Shown here piece by piece: positions 1 through 11,118 of a DNA stretch of 64,000 bases; within the stretch, counting starts at the first letter, position 1, and each line of letters starts with the position of its first letter. The translations under genes and the position numbers were made by a program. The stretch spans positions 62,001 through 126,000 of the forward strand of contig JALDZX010000009.1 of assembly GCA_022813865.1 (NCBI GenBank), in the 5' to 3' direction. The DNA comes from Xylographa opegraphella. Taxonomy: Eukaryota. The notes below the pieces were generated by a model. The model was not told the DNA's origin. It searched no databases and saw only the letters and a list, made by a program, of their open reading frames with translations.

Positions 1-522
1 CCAACACCACAGCCGATCACTGCCGTTACGACGGCCACACCTTCCTTGACCACTACTTCGACGTCTGCCACAACATCCTCGAATCCCACGTCGACGTCAA
101 GCCTATCTAGCTCTCTAGTAAGCTCTATACCGTCACTTATGTCTACTTTATCCTCTTCTTCCTCAATTTCTTCTCTCACGTCGACGTCTCCAATATTCTT
201 GACTCCTTTTCCTCCGGTTTCGCTTCCCACGACAACGAGCTCACCAATATCGTCACAGGCCACAACAACTCTGACCTCTACAATTTCTCTGGTGGCTGTC
301 ATTCCAGTACCATCCAACACTACAACACTGACCTCCACTATCTCCGTGGGTACTGTCATTATTGTTGGCAACAGCACACTCCTTCCGACCGGAAATTACC
401 CCAATTACACCATCATCCCAGTCACCGCGCAAGCCGCTAACTGGCGGACGGATACCACCCTCTCCTGGCGTTCATGGGTCACCGGGTTCTTGAGCACATT
501 GGCTGTATTGTGGGCATTTTAG
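1..522 (+). CDS. 3' part of a Ser/Thr-rich, probably GPI-anchored cell-surface protein (5' end outside window)
   Basis: Frame is open from base 1 (PTPQPITAVTT...) to TAG at 520-522. Strongly S/T/P-rich, ending in AQAA followed by a hydrophobic tail (WVTGFLSTLAVLWAF) typical of GPI signals. Confidence 0.7.
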   Translation, partial: PTPQPITAVTTATPSLTTTSTSATTSSNPTSTSSLSSSLVSSIPSLMSTLSSSSSISSLTSTSPIFLTPFPPVSLPTTTSSPISSQATTTLTSTISLVAVIPVPSNTTTLTSTISVGTVIIVGNSTLLPTGNYPNYTIIPVTAQAANWRTDTTLSWRSWVTGFLSTLAVLWAF

Positions 523-1958
523 AATTATATATTGGTGCCATGTAAAGGAGATTCATGGTCAATATGGGACATGGGAATGAATATGGACATGCGGACGGAG
601 ATACCCCATTTCATCAACCGCTTAGGCGTTACAATAATCGTAATAAAAAAGATCTATATCCTGTTCAAGAAGAAGTGACAACGCCTGCTCTAATCACGAT
701 ACCAAACAGCATAAACGCTATCATGTCGCATATGTAGCACAATCCCCCATTCCTCTCCGACTCCCACAAATCCGTTCCTACCGACCCAGCGTCCCGCTCC
801 ATCAAAACTGCCCAGGCCACCACTCATACGCCGCGCTCCCTGCCGGTCCGTCCGGCCAGGAACCATGCGCAGCCTGAATCCTTCGCAACCATCTCCGCCT
901 CCTGCTGCAGCCCCCTCCCCCCCATGCGCCGGCACGCCTGAGCACAGCGGACCCTTTTTGCCACGATCGCACTTAACTCCATCCTACCATTCCCATCGTC
1001 CGACTCCCATCCCCGAAAACGCGTCTGAGATATCACAGGTCCCCTCCCGGGGAAAGCAGGATCGCAGCTACGGCATCCGGTGCGGAGTCGCGGATATTAA
1101 TATGCTGTCAACAGTGATGCGTGCAAGGTATCTGGGTGGGGGGGGGGGGGGTAAGGACTGGCCGGGATTTGTTATGGAGGCAAATAAGGTAACCTGTCTA
1201 TCTAGGTATGGGCCCGGGCTCGAAACCCTATGGGGTTCACGTTGAACGCTTATTATTATTTTGTGATTTTTAACACTACTTTATATCAACTTTGGGGTTC
1301 TGGGGATTTTTGGTCGCGAAATGTTTGTTCACACAATGTCCAGAAAATGAATGGATGGAAAATAATTCTCAAATGGAATAGATACTAGGATTCATGTGAC
1401 CGTTCTCGTCGTAGTAGCCAGCCTTTCGACCCGGCCCGTACCCTCCGCAATCCGTCTTGTAATTGGTCCCAAGGGTTCCAAGTATCGATCCGAACCGACG
1501 CAAATCGCTAGCATAGCACCACTCGATCTGCAAAGAACTCTATCAAACGCCCCAGATTCGATATCCGCCATACACAGCCCACGTTCAGCCCACCAATCAA
1601 GTCGCTCCAATCCCACGCCCGCATGCAGCGACGAGTATATTACCGTCGAGTCGAGACACTCCAAACGCTGGCAGCCACTGCGTGCTTATCGTCGAGGCAG
1701 AGATGCCATTCTCTTCCGCCGACGATTGGCCTTGGTACTCATCCCTGATTGGGCCCACCATGGCGAAGGAGACACATTCCAAATGTTTCCCCGCTTTGCC
1801 ACGTGAGAGAGCCTCCCTTTTCAGGAGCCGCCGTTCGGACTTGCTCTCCCCAGCCTTGCGTGCTATCGCTGCAGTGGAGACATTGGAAAGAGCCTCCTTT
1901 CACTCGACTTGACAATTTGCGATTGCACGAGAAGGAAATCCACGTAGAAAACCGTCAT

Positions 1959-3367
1959 ATGGCTCCCCACGCAACATATGCCTTGGCGGCCCACGAGGAG
2001 AGTTTCCACCGGCAGTTTCCACTGGACAAGTCGCTGGCAATTCAAAGCCAGGAATTTTCGGCCGCGGATCCAGCAGTCGGCGGAGATGAGAGAGACGTGG
2101 ATCTGGAGCTCCGGGAAGGGGGCGAGGGCAATGTCGTGACGCTGTCAGGCATGGAGCTGGAGGAGTTGAAAGCCACAGTGCTGGGCTTTGAAAGTGAGCC
2201 TCAAGATTCCGACGGTCATCTAGGCGCTGAAGAACTGTCGCTGACTCGAGAGCCTGTCAGGCGCAAATCTCGCACTGAATATGATCAACAGGACAACCTT
2301 TCCTCTGCCAACCTTGGCCCGGCGATTGAAAGAGATGAGTGCAACCATTCATGGAGAGACTGGCCATGTTCTCATCCGTGGAATCAATTCCATCCCGTTC
2401 ACCTACCTTCAAAAGGTTATTGCTCACACCGGCCTGACCTCGCACTTGGCCGGTAAGAGAGCTATGTCGGGGATCGAAGGCGGCGACAAAACAGTTTTAC
2501 GTTCGTATCGCCCATTCGATCTCCCCGTGTCCTCGTCTGACATGGCACAAAGATCATGTCACTGCACTTTCGACAGCATATTATGCACATCACGAGTACC
2601 ACGCGCCGTCGAATCAAGCAGGACCTTTGGTAAGCTGGTCCTAAAGTTTCCAGGCTCAAACTAGATTGTGTATGTACTAACGAAATAACTTGGAAAAAGC
2701 TGTTCCACACTGACCTTGGTCATATTCTTTCTCTTTTCACAGTCTCGCAAAGTCTGACGGGTGGGGAATTTTACCTCGCCGACACCAGAAAAGTGTGGGA
2801 GAAACTCAAGGATCGTAGGCCGGACCTGGCCACGACACTGTTGGACGACTGGGCCTGGGAATCGTACGTTCTTCGCCATCCCAGTGCGAAAATATGTATG
2901 CTAATTGAGCTTTTTCCAGTCCATCGATATCAAAACAGACGGAACGAGGCCCTATCGTCATTCTTCACAAATCACAGGTTTTCATGAACTGCTCACGAGT
3001 CAGAATCTCAGGGACTACGACGCGTTCTCGACCGGAATTTCTGCCGCCCCTCACAAGTCAACAGCTTGAAGCACTTGAGCTTCTGCAATCGGTGGCGTCA
3101 GATGTCGCTATCAGCTTCAGATTCCAGCAGGGAGATATGCTCGTGTTCAACAATCTAGGGATGATGCACGCCCGTAGTAGCTTTATTGACCAAGAACATT
3201 CGGGCCACAAAAGGCACCTGTTGCGATTGATCGCGAGAAACGACTTCGCTGCAGATATCCTGCCCCAATCGTTTCGAGAAAGGCTGGAAAGACTGTATGA
3301 GCACGAAGACAAGGACGAGAAGTTTGATATTTTCAGGAACCCTTTCATGTTCGCTGCGGGTCATTGA
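1959..3367 (+). CDS. TauD/TfdA (clavaminate synthase-like) 2-oxoglutarate/Fe(II) dioxygenase, 5 exons
   Basis: ATG 1959 (MAPHAT). GT-AG introns at 2194-2260, ~2501-2552, ~2630-2699 and ~2863-2919 join TTFPLPTL...GHVLIRG, LFHTDLG (HxD facial triad), GGEFYLAD, and GDMLVFNNLGMMHARSSF...RHLLRL (distal His and 2OG-binding Arg). Confidence 0.9.
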
Positions 3368-3523
3368 CGGGCTGATAACGAATTCGATCGCAATTTCAAA
3401 GGTCAGTATATACCGTCAGTCCAAAATTGCTGTGGTAGTAATCTCGATTTTTCAGTTGGATATCGTCATGGCATACTGACGACTTGACGGCCAATCTTCA
3501 TGAAATCAATGAAATATAGCAAA

Positions 3524-6020
3524 TCAATCTGCCAGAGTATCGCCTAGTTGTATAGGAGACTTCTCCATCTCACTTTCGCTTTCGGATCGCGGCTTAGAAG
3601 CTTGGTCACCAAGAAATAACTGGGACAGCCAAATAAAGCGTCTGTTCAGTTTAAAGCTCCCAGAGTCCTTGAGATCCTTGAAATCCTTCTCTGTGAGACA
3701 AAGTAGATTAGCCTTAAAATCCGCAGTCCTGGAGGTCGCCTCTGAAGAAAACTTGCCCTTCGACGCTAGCAGCGTGATGATTTTCTCCAGATATTCAACA
3801 GAGGAGGCGTCGAGGCCTAGCTGTTTGAAACTATCTTTTCGAGCTTCGGAATCCTGCGAAAACGGAGTTTGCCCGCGTATAACACATCGGAAGTGCGAGA
3901 TCAAAACTTCGGCTGAGTACTGCCATTCATCCAGCATGTAATTGGTCACATAGTCAATGTAGTGATGTAGTGACTAGGTGCTCATTAGCCGGATGGCGCG
4001 CCCGGATAGGTAAACTGTTGTACGCACTGTACCTGCAGCCCATCCGACGTACTTCAACTGCCACTGATAGGCCCATTCGAGAGTGTCCAAAAGTAAGAAA
4101 ATACTTAAATAAATTTCGAACCAATGTTTTATGGCGCCGCTTCCGAAAATAAGCGATTTTAATCGCTTAATAACGACTTTGCGGTGACTGTCTATAATAG
4201 TATTAACCATATGTTCAACTTGAATATTCACGAATCGAGGAATTGGCCTCGTATTATGATGTCGTGACTGCTCGTCATTGACAACAGGCACATCGAGAGG
4301 ATCTCCAGGCCTCAGTGCGACCCGCTTGATGGCAAAATCGCGGATCTTGAGAGCATTCTCAATTGTCGTATGACTGTGAGATTTTGAGAACCGGGCGGCC
4401 TCCTCCAAAGTCAGAAGCATAATCTCGTCAGTGGTTTCACGAATGACACTCTCATGTAAAGCAGTTTGGCATTGGTTGAGAAATCTTTCCACAGCCTTGT
4501 AGCCAATATCAACGTCAAACTGACACTATTAGATAAGTCTGGCCAATGTCTCAAGGAGTCTTACAATAGCATATGGAGGAATTCTAACTTCTTTCTCGAT
4601 GCCGTTCGACTTCCAATGTAAATCAGTGACATCCTTAGCACCTGGAATGAATACCCGGCACTCAAGTGTAAGTATTGGAGACACTGTGTTCTTAACATGG
4701 GGATAGATCAAGTCAATTGTCCTTATTGTGGTATTCTGTGCCGACCAATTCAGCCTGGGATAGACCCCACGTGTTTGACCTTGGGTCGAATTCCCTACGC
4801 GATAGAAGAGCCATTAATGAGTGGTTATGATTTAAATGCTAAACCAGTTGAGTAGTATACCTAGTCTGAAGGCCACGACGCTATCAAGCTTTTCACGATA
4901 GCAAGGCTGTCGGAATATCACAGCACTTGCGCCCTTTCTAGTGCAGGTACCACATGGCGTGTTCTCATCGCACTAAAACAATTTAGCATGAGCAGAGTTA
5001 CTGAAATGTGAGGTTTACTGGTTCTCGGTACATGCGACACCTCAAGCAGGCACCAAGCCCACGGACTCTTTTAACCTTTTGCTTCTGATCCGGATTGAGT
5101 TTTTGCCTTTTGGCCTTACTGCTATTAATCTTCGAACCGGCGATCTCCTTAGAAGCCTGCGTTTGAGTCCCTGAAGGCTTTGTACTGATCATCGGTCCAT
5201 CGAATCGATGATCATAATCAGGATAAAGACAATTGAAAGGAGTGTTTGATTGTTGCCAGATCAAATCCTTATCATTGAGATCCTCGACATTATCAAATGA
5301 AGCTCATGGGGGAAGCGTTGCTCGCCGTTTCGACGTTGGCTCGGCGTAGTGCTCCGTTCGGCCTCGTGCGGGGCCGACATCCCAAGAAGGGGTTGACTGC
5401 ATCGGCGATGGGAAAGGGGGTGTTGATTTTGGTAGTGACACGCTCGAAGATTGCTGCTTCGGTAGATTCGAATCGGATTGACTTCTCAAGTTACATACCC
5501 TAGGGTCAGATCCAGAATGATCTTGAAGAGAAGCGGACGGCACTTGCGCTAGCATATCCGCTTCAAATAGATCGTACCATGCTGAGTCGGCTTGTACATG
5601 CTCCAAGGAAAACATGTCATCAAAGTCTGTGTCAGCTGCATCATGATATGGAGTATTTGGATAATCAGGAACGGCGCTGAGGCGTGCACTTCCCGGCAGT
5701 GCCGGTGGATCGGATGGTGATCTCTGCGTGCTCAAGGGTGTGCGTACTGCGCTATTGGAAGAAGATCTTTCAGAGCTGGTACAAGGATCTTTTGACCGAG
5801 GCCCAGTTGCGAAAGCTAAGTCGCTGCCGCTGTAGGATCTCACATTGCTGGGCGAGGCTAACTCACACGACGATAGGTTCACCACTGACCAAGGGCTAGA
5901 AGAGGACAAGGATGGTATTGATGGAGTGGGTACAGCAGCGGCGATGGATCCAGCTAGATCCAGAGCTTGAGAGGTGATGGGTATGGGACCCGTGCGATGA
6001 GCCTCAGATGGTGTCTCCAT
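3524..6020 (-). CDS. Zn(II)2Cys6-type fungal transcription factor with C-terminal fungal TF region; start uncertain (6020, or 5192 if the upstream ORF is separate)
   Basis: Splicing across ~4973-5017 gives KVKRVRGLGACLRCRMYREP-CDENTPCGTC...QPCYR (C-x2-C-x6-C-x5-C-x2-C-x12-C). Downstream exons: IPPYAI, WFEIYLSIFLLL, WQYSAEVLISHFR. An in-frame TGA lies at 5304-5306 (see findings). Confidence 0.75.
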
Positions 6021-6093
6021 ACTTGCCAGTGTGGTGAGGAGGGAATGTACAATATCAGATAATTTTTGATCAGCGGATTATGCAAAGAGAAAG

Positions 6094-6379
6094 GACCGGT
6101 CAGCGAAGAAGCTTTCTGATACAACCGATTTCATAGTGTATAGTTGTTCTATTGGATGATGTGACGGAAACGAATGTCTGGAAGAGGAGAGGATGAGAGT
6201 GAGAAGGGTAGATGGATGGAGACATGAGGCATGGACATGCAGTGGTCGACCGGTGAAGAAGCTGGTCTCTCCGCACGCTTGTGATTGGCCACGGCCAAAC
6301 AGTAGGGGCGCGACCGGTGAGCAACACGAAATTCGCACGTACGACGTACAGAGAAGTTGACTTGGCTAGCGCGACCGGT
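6094..6379. promoter_or_regulatory. Cluster of four GACCGGT(C/G)A motifs upstream of the Zn2Cys6 gene
   Basis: GACCGGT at 6094-6100, 6248-6254, 6312-6318 and 6373-6379; the last two share GCGCGACCGGT. Confidence 0.5.
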
Positions 6380-6459
6380 CAAGAGAAGAACTTTCCCAAC
6401 GGCGAGCCTGACGCTTTTTTCGGTCGTAGGTCAGCTCGAGTATAAAAGCCGTCTCGAAG

Positions 6460-7053
6460 ATGTCGAAAGGCAGATTGAAAATGCAGACGATCAATTTTCT
6501 GACTGCGGGATTACAAGCATCGACTCAATATTCTACAATACACACAGCCGAGCTAGCCGCAAACATGCTAGTGAGTGTCTCGCTTGATCGCTTACCCATG
6601 CCAGCCTCCTGCGAGGAAATAACTTTTTGGAGCGATCATCAATCGACCGTAAGCACTCACTCTTACGTGCATGCTCTGTCAAACATGCATATACTGATAG
6701 CCGGATAGACGAGTACCTCAGATACCTTACAATCCAGCGCGACAGCCGAGTCTGTACGATACAGAAACACCGTTCGTCAATCCGTCGGCTTTTGGAAGAT
6801 TACCCCATCTTTGCCTGATCGGCGCCGGTATTCTACCTGTTCTCCCACCGCTGCCGGCCAATTGCTGTTTGGCATCGGCTCTATGTTCTCCGAGAGTTCG
6901 CAAGATATCTGTCCTTCGCTAGACTTGCCTCTCACTGCCTTTCATGTAGTTGCTGAACGAAATATACAACCGATTTACGAGTCACACTTGAGTTGTTTCT
7001 TGAGGGAACAGGAGCAAGAACTAGCTGCAAGGCTATTGCGGTCATCGCTGTAG
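6460..7053 (+). CDS. Possible orphan two-exon gene (~151 aa) or spliced lncRNA, divergent from the TF
   Basis: TATAAAAG at 6441. Canonical intron GTGAGT(6571)...ACTGAT...TAG(6708) joins ORF 6460 in frame to ORF 6811-7053. No recognisable domain. Confidence 0.3.
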
Positions 7054-8935
7054 CAAAGAGGATTCATTAACGGATTTGTATTCGACAGCTGTATTTACAT
7101 GATGTACTTTGGTTGATCAATTGTGTGGAAGGTCAAGGCGCTATAGATTTGTACGTTGTATGCTGTATTGAATTATGGCTCAGCCGAATACATTCAAACA
7201 GGAAGTGACCTTTGCAAATAAGGAGATATTGTGCGAGCTTCGCATGTACAATATATTACAGAGCTCGATGTCGACCGCCGAGCCGTATGTTGGACTGCTT
7301 GTTGCCTCAGTCCCTCAGACATGGCGCACTAAGCCCCCGTGGGTTAGTGCTCTTGTCTTGCTTACTAGCAAGTTAGGAACAAGCACTACACCCCATATGC
7401 GGACCCACCTAAAGGCGCTCCCTGCAGCACGAAGCAAAGCAGCGCGCCGAAAGCAAAATCGAGACTCAAACCGACGGCTTGGCCGGTGCGTACGTAACGC
7501 CGCGCATGGCGGAGTCGGAGATTGTCTTTCTGGCGGACATTCGGCAGCCATCGACGAGACGGGTTCGTGAGCGATGTGATCCGGGTCGATGGCTGACCCT
7601 TTCTATGATGTAGGTGCAGATGTTGAGGATGGCGCTGGGAAGAGGGTGTCTCGTCTGTCGTCGTTGAGGTAGACAACGGTCGGTTTTGAGGTCGAATCAT
7701 TCCTTGGTTTGCCGCTGCGAATGGCGGAACGGAGAGGAATACTATCGGTAATGGTTGTCGAAACGGCCTGAACTTGATATATGTTCTTCGGTCTGTGAGG
7801 TATCTCTGGTGCGAAGTACCTCCGCCGACGCTCGCTCCATCTCAGCTGATATCCGGACTCCTACTTGCAGTGTCTCATTTGAGATCGCTTGGCGGTAGAG
7901 CAGTAAGTTTACCTGAGATATGGCAGCAATGGAAGAGTCCCTGTCCTGCAGGAAATATGACCTTATCATACCGTATTGCGGCTTCGGTGCGTGTGGCCAT
8001 CACGAATCATGCCCAACTGCAGTCATTCGCAACCTTTGTGTCGTCACCAACGTCCAAGAAAGTTGCACACGCATCAAGTCGCTCGTATTGACCGCCAATG
8101 ACATAGGATCTTTGAAGTTATCGCCCGTGCGCGTGATCGTGCCCTACACGATTGAATATGGAGCGTTTTACATACCGCTTTCGACTTGCCGAATTCTTGC
8201 AGAGCTCCGGTCAAGTGGGCAAGTATATCGATGCTCCCACTCTCAAAGGAACCTATCGTAAGGACTCGGGAAATCCGTAGCGGGTTTTGGTATTCGACGC
8301 TGCTCGGGGACTCTGCTTCATAATGGAGCTTTGGAGCCCAGTCTTCAGGCGAGTCGATGGACGAAAAGGCTGGAGTTCCATGGGAGGGAGATCCTACAGG
8401 TATCAGGAGATAAGGTCCATCGGCTATGGGAATCTGTCTGACTTGGCGATGATTGACGACTTTATAATGCTTAATAACGATATGAACGACTGTAGAATAA
8501 ACCTCCCTTGTTCAATCCTTCTAGATATTGTAGGAGATATCGACCCCATCCTCTTCCGACAAGGGATTCCTACTCGGCTTAGGGATGGGGTCCACATGTC
8601 AAAGAAGCAATGCTATCGACTGCGGCCCAGGATGTTCAGACGATTTATGAAGAAGCCATACTATCGCAACGAGCAAGCAACAAATGCAAAACACGCGGAT
8701 AGTGAATATTTGAAGACCTGAAACACCTGGTGACTTTGCTTTTTCTCTATTGATACAACCTAACGCCGAATCACCTTATACACGCAGATGCCCGTCACAA
8801 TCTATCGCTCTTTCTAAACACTTATACCATCTCTGCACTCCACCCTGGAGTTTCTCTCTAATCTCTTGGAGTCTTGTACCATCCCCCCCCAAATGCTGGA
8901 TGAGACTCGAGCACTAAGAAGCGTAGTACTCGGCA

Positions 8936-9403
8936 TCAATAGTCGTAGCCGAGGGCCTCGTCAACCCAATAGGTATCGCGGCGCCTGCGGGACTTGGGCT
9001 TGGATTTGCTTCCGGACCCGCTTGAAGCTTTGTCGTGGGTCACGTCAAATGTGGTGGTTTTCAAAATTCCGGGCGGATGCCTCGCATCGTCTTTCTTGCC
9101 TTTTAGACGTTTGCCGCTGGTGACCGTTACGTCGTGCTTCTGGCCGTTATCGGGCTGAAAATCGTGGTTCATGCGAGTAAGCAGTTCATTGTAGTCGCGA
9201 GCGTAGAGTTCATAGAGGTCGTCAATGTCGCGGACAAACAAGCCTTCATAGTCTTCTGGATCACGTGCGTAGAGCTGGGAGCTCTCCTCTATACCCCGAT
9301 CGTAGAGACCGGCGATGTCGCGAGTATGGAGGGATTCGTAGTCGACGAATGCGAGGGCTGTAGTGGCAGTGGCTGCGAGGCCCAAGATGGATGAGAGACG
9401 CAT
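8936..9403 (-). CDS. Small secreted precursor protein with repeated LxxR (Kex2-like) sites and a basic core
   Basis: Signal peptide MRLSSILGLAATATTALA. Acidic repeats end in LHTR, LYDR, LYAR, LFVR, LYAR and LLTR, followed by a Lys-rich core, RRRR and an acidic tail. Single exon; TATAAA on the minus strand at 9577-9582. Confidence 0.85.
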   Translation of the reverse strand: MRLSSILGLAATATTALAFVDYESLHTRDIAGLYDRGIEESSQLYARDPEDYEGLFVRDIDDLYELYARDYNELLTRMNHDFQPDNGQKHDVTVTSGKRLKGKKDDARHPPGILKTTTFDVTHDKASSGSGSKSKPKSRRRRDTYWVDEALGYDY

Positions 9404-9600
9404 GGTGCTTCTTGAGTGATAGGCTGATACTTTTGGTGTGATTGGTGATGTTTTTTGTGTGGTAATTGGTGCTTATTGAGAGATAGGTCAGTACTGTTTT
9501 TGTGTAAGTGAAATGATGTTGACTGAAAAGAGTATAGGAATTGTCTGGAGTTGAGAATGGGAGCATTCCGGCCGCCTTTATAAGTGTTCGCCAGTTGAGA

Positions 9601-9654
9601 AGTTCATTCGGAAGTTGCAGAATGAGTTCATCCGGAAGACTGAGTTGCAGAATG
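9601..9654. repeat. Imperfect tandem duplication (24 bp + 30 bp) just upstream of the TATA box of the secreted precursor gene
   Basis: AGTTCATTCGGAAGTTGCAGAATG (9601-9624) is followed by AGTTCATCCGGAAGACTGAGTTGCAGAATG (9625-9654). Confidence 0.75.
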
Positions 9655-11118
9655 CTTACCAACGCTGCTTAGAGTCCAAACATAGTGAGGCTGAGGAATC
9701 ACCGCCGATATTCTCCATATCCCTCTGGAATCATTATTCAACGGACACGCAAGTCCGCGAGCGTTCCCTGCCACTGCTGCATGTGTAACAGGACACAAAA
9801 TATGGACCAAAGCATTGCACGGTACGTAACAAAGCACACCGAATGAACATTTGCGTAAGTAGTTATCCCCATCAATCATGGAATACATAAACCGAGTTCT
9901 TACTCAGGCCAGTTTCGTAGCAGCGTCTGGAGGTGCACATAAGCATATCTTGAAAGACCGTCCGATAAGCCGGCCGGCGTAATACAGGCTGCAACTTGGA
10001 TTGAAATTTAAAACGACTCCACAGCATCATAGCGCAACTCGATTTCAGTGACTGCCGTACTGAAGTTCCTCATCTTTGCATTGATGTCTCGAAGTAAGCC
10101 ACTCCTCTCGACTCAACCCACTGCCCAAGCTCAGTCTCAGATGTTCAGCTCTGGTGGTATTTCACTCCTCCACTCATTACTAGTACCCTTGCATCTGAAC
10201 ACACCAGGCCTCCGGGTTGATTACCTGCCTTGAGGCACCTGCTTCGGCTCGCGGTACAATGTAACTTCACTTACCCTGAATTCCGGCTACCAGCTAAGGG
10301 CTGGTACGATCGGAATATAATGGCTGAGCACGCTTGGCTTTGTTGCATATGATATCTGGCACGCTACTCCGTAAGTGCGGTTGAAACTAAAGTTTCACAA
10401 GGAATAATCAAAAGTTATTTAATACCCTTGAGATACTCTTGGCAGTCAGCTTGGCTTGGAGAACCTCGTGCTTTAACCTTGTATTACTCCACAGGAGTTC
10501 GGGCAGAGCTCAATTGACCCGACCAACAGAACGTACACTACTCCATACTCCAAGGTCGATCCACTCGGCGAACGCACGACGTGAGCTGAGTAGCCCTTAC
10601 ATCTATGGTGGCGTGATAGATGTATTGCAACTGCTTACCTACCAAAACAACGTTGAGTCCCTGTATAACTAACATCACATTTTACTGCCCTGTATCATCG
10701 GGTCTTACCATACAGATGGGATTGAGCCCTCAGCCGAGGTATATAGTCGAGCACCTAGTGATGGAAGCTGAATGGATCGCTCGAAGAAGCGAAAGATTTG
10801 AATAGAACATGTCGTACAGCTCGTTTCCAAGTAAGCTTGCACTCGGCCCATCACAGGGAGGCAGTACATGGACCATTTATCCGCCAATATTTTCTAAAAT
10901 AATGCAGATGAAGCATATCAATGTACGTGAAGAATATTGATGCAGTTTTGTTGCTTTTGGCGCTGCCAGGATCACGAGAAGTGTTTCAGTCGGATGACGA
11001 GCGTCTCCATAAACAACTTATAAATCATATATACATACAGTCAACGTTTCACATCGTGAATCGTGTAGGCTCAAGCGGGACGCCCGTTCCTATCTATCAT
11101 AATTTGCAATTCGACCCA

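Noticed and set aside
1138..1151. Poly-G tract with upstream C-rich sequence
   Set aside because: Low-complexity homopolymer; no specific pairing or element structure could be shown.
7175..8261. Several overlapping 75-130 aa ORFs
   Set aside because: No recognisable domain or consistent exon chain.
8287..8721. ORF containing RYQEIRSIGYGNLS, reminiscent of a kinase Gly-rich loop
   Set aside because: No VAxK, HRD or DFG motifs follow; at best an unrecognisable relic.
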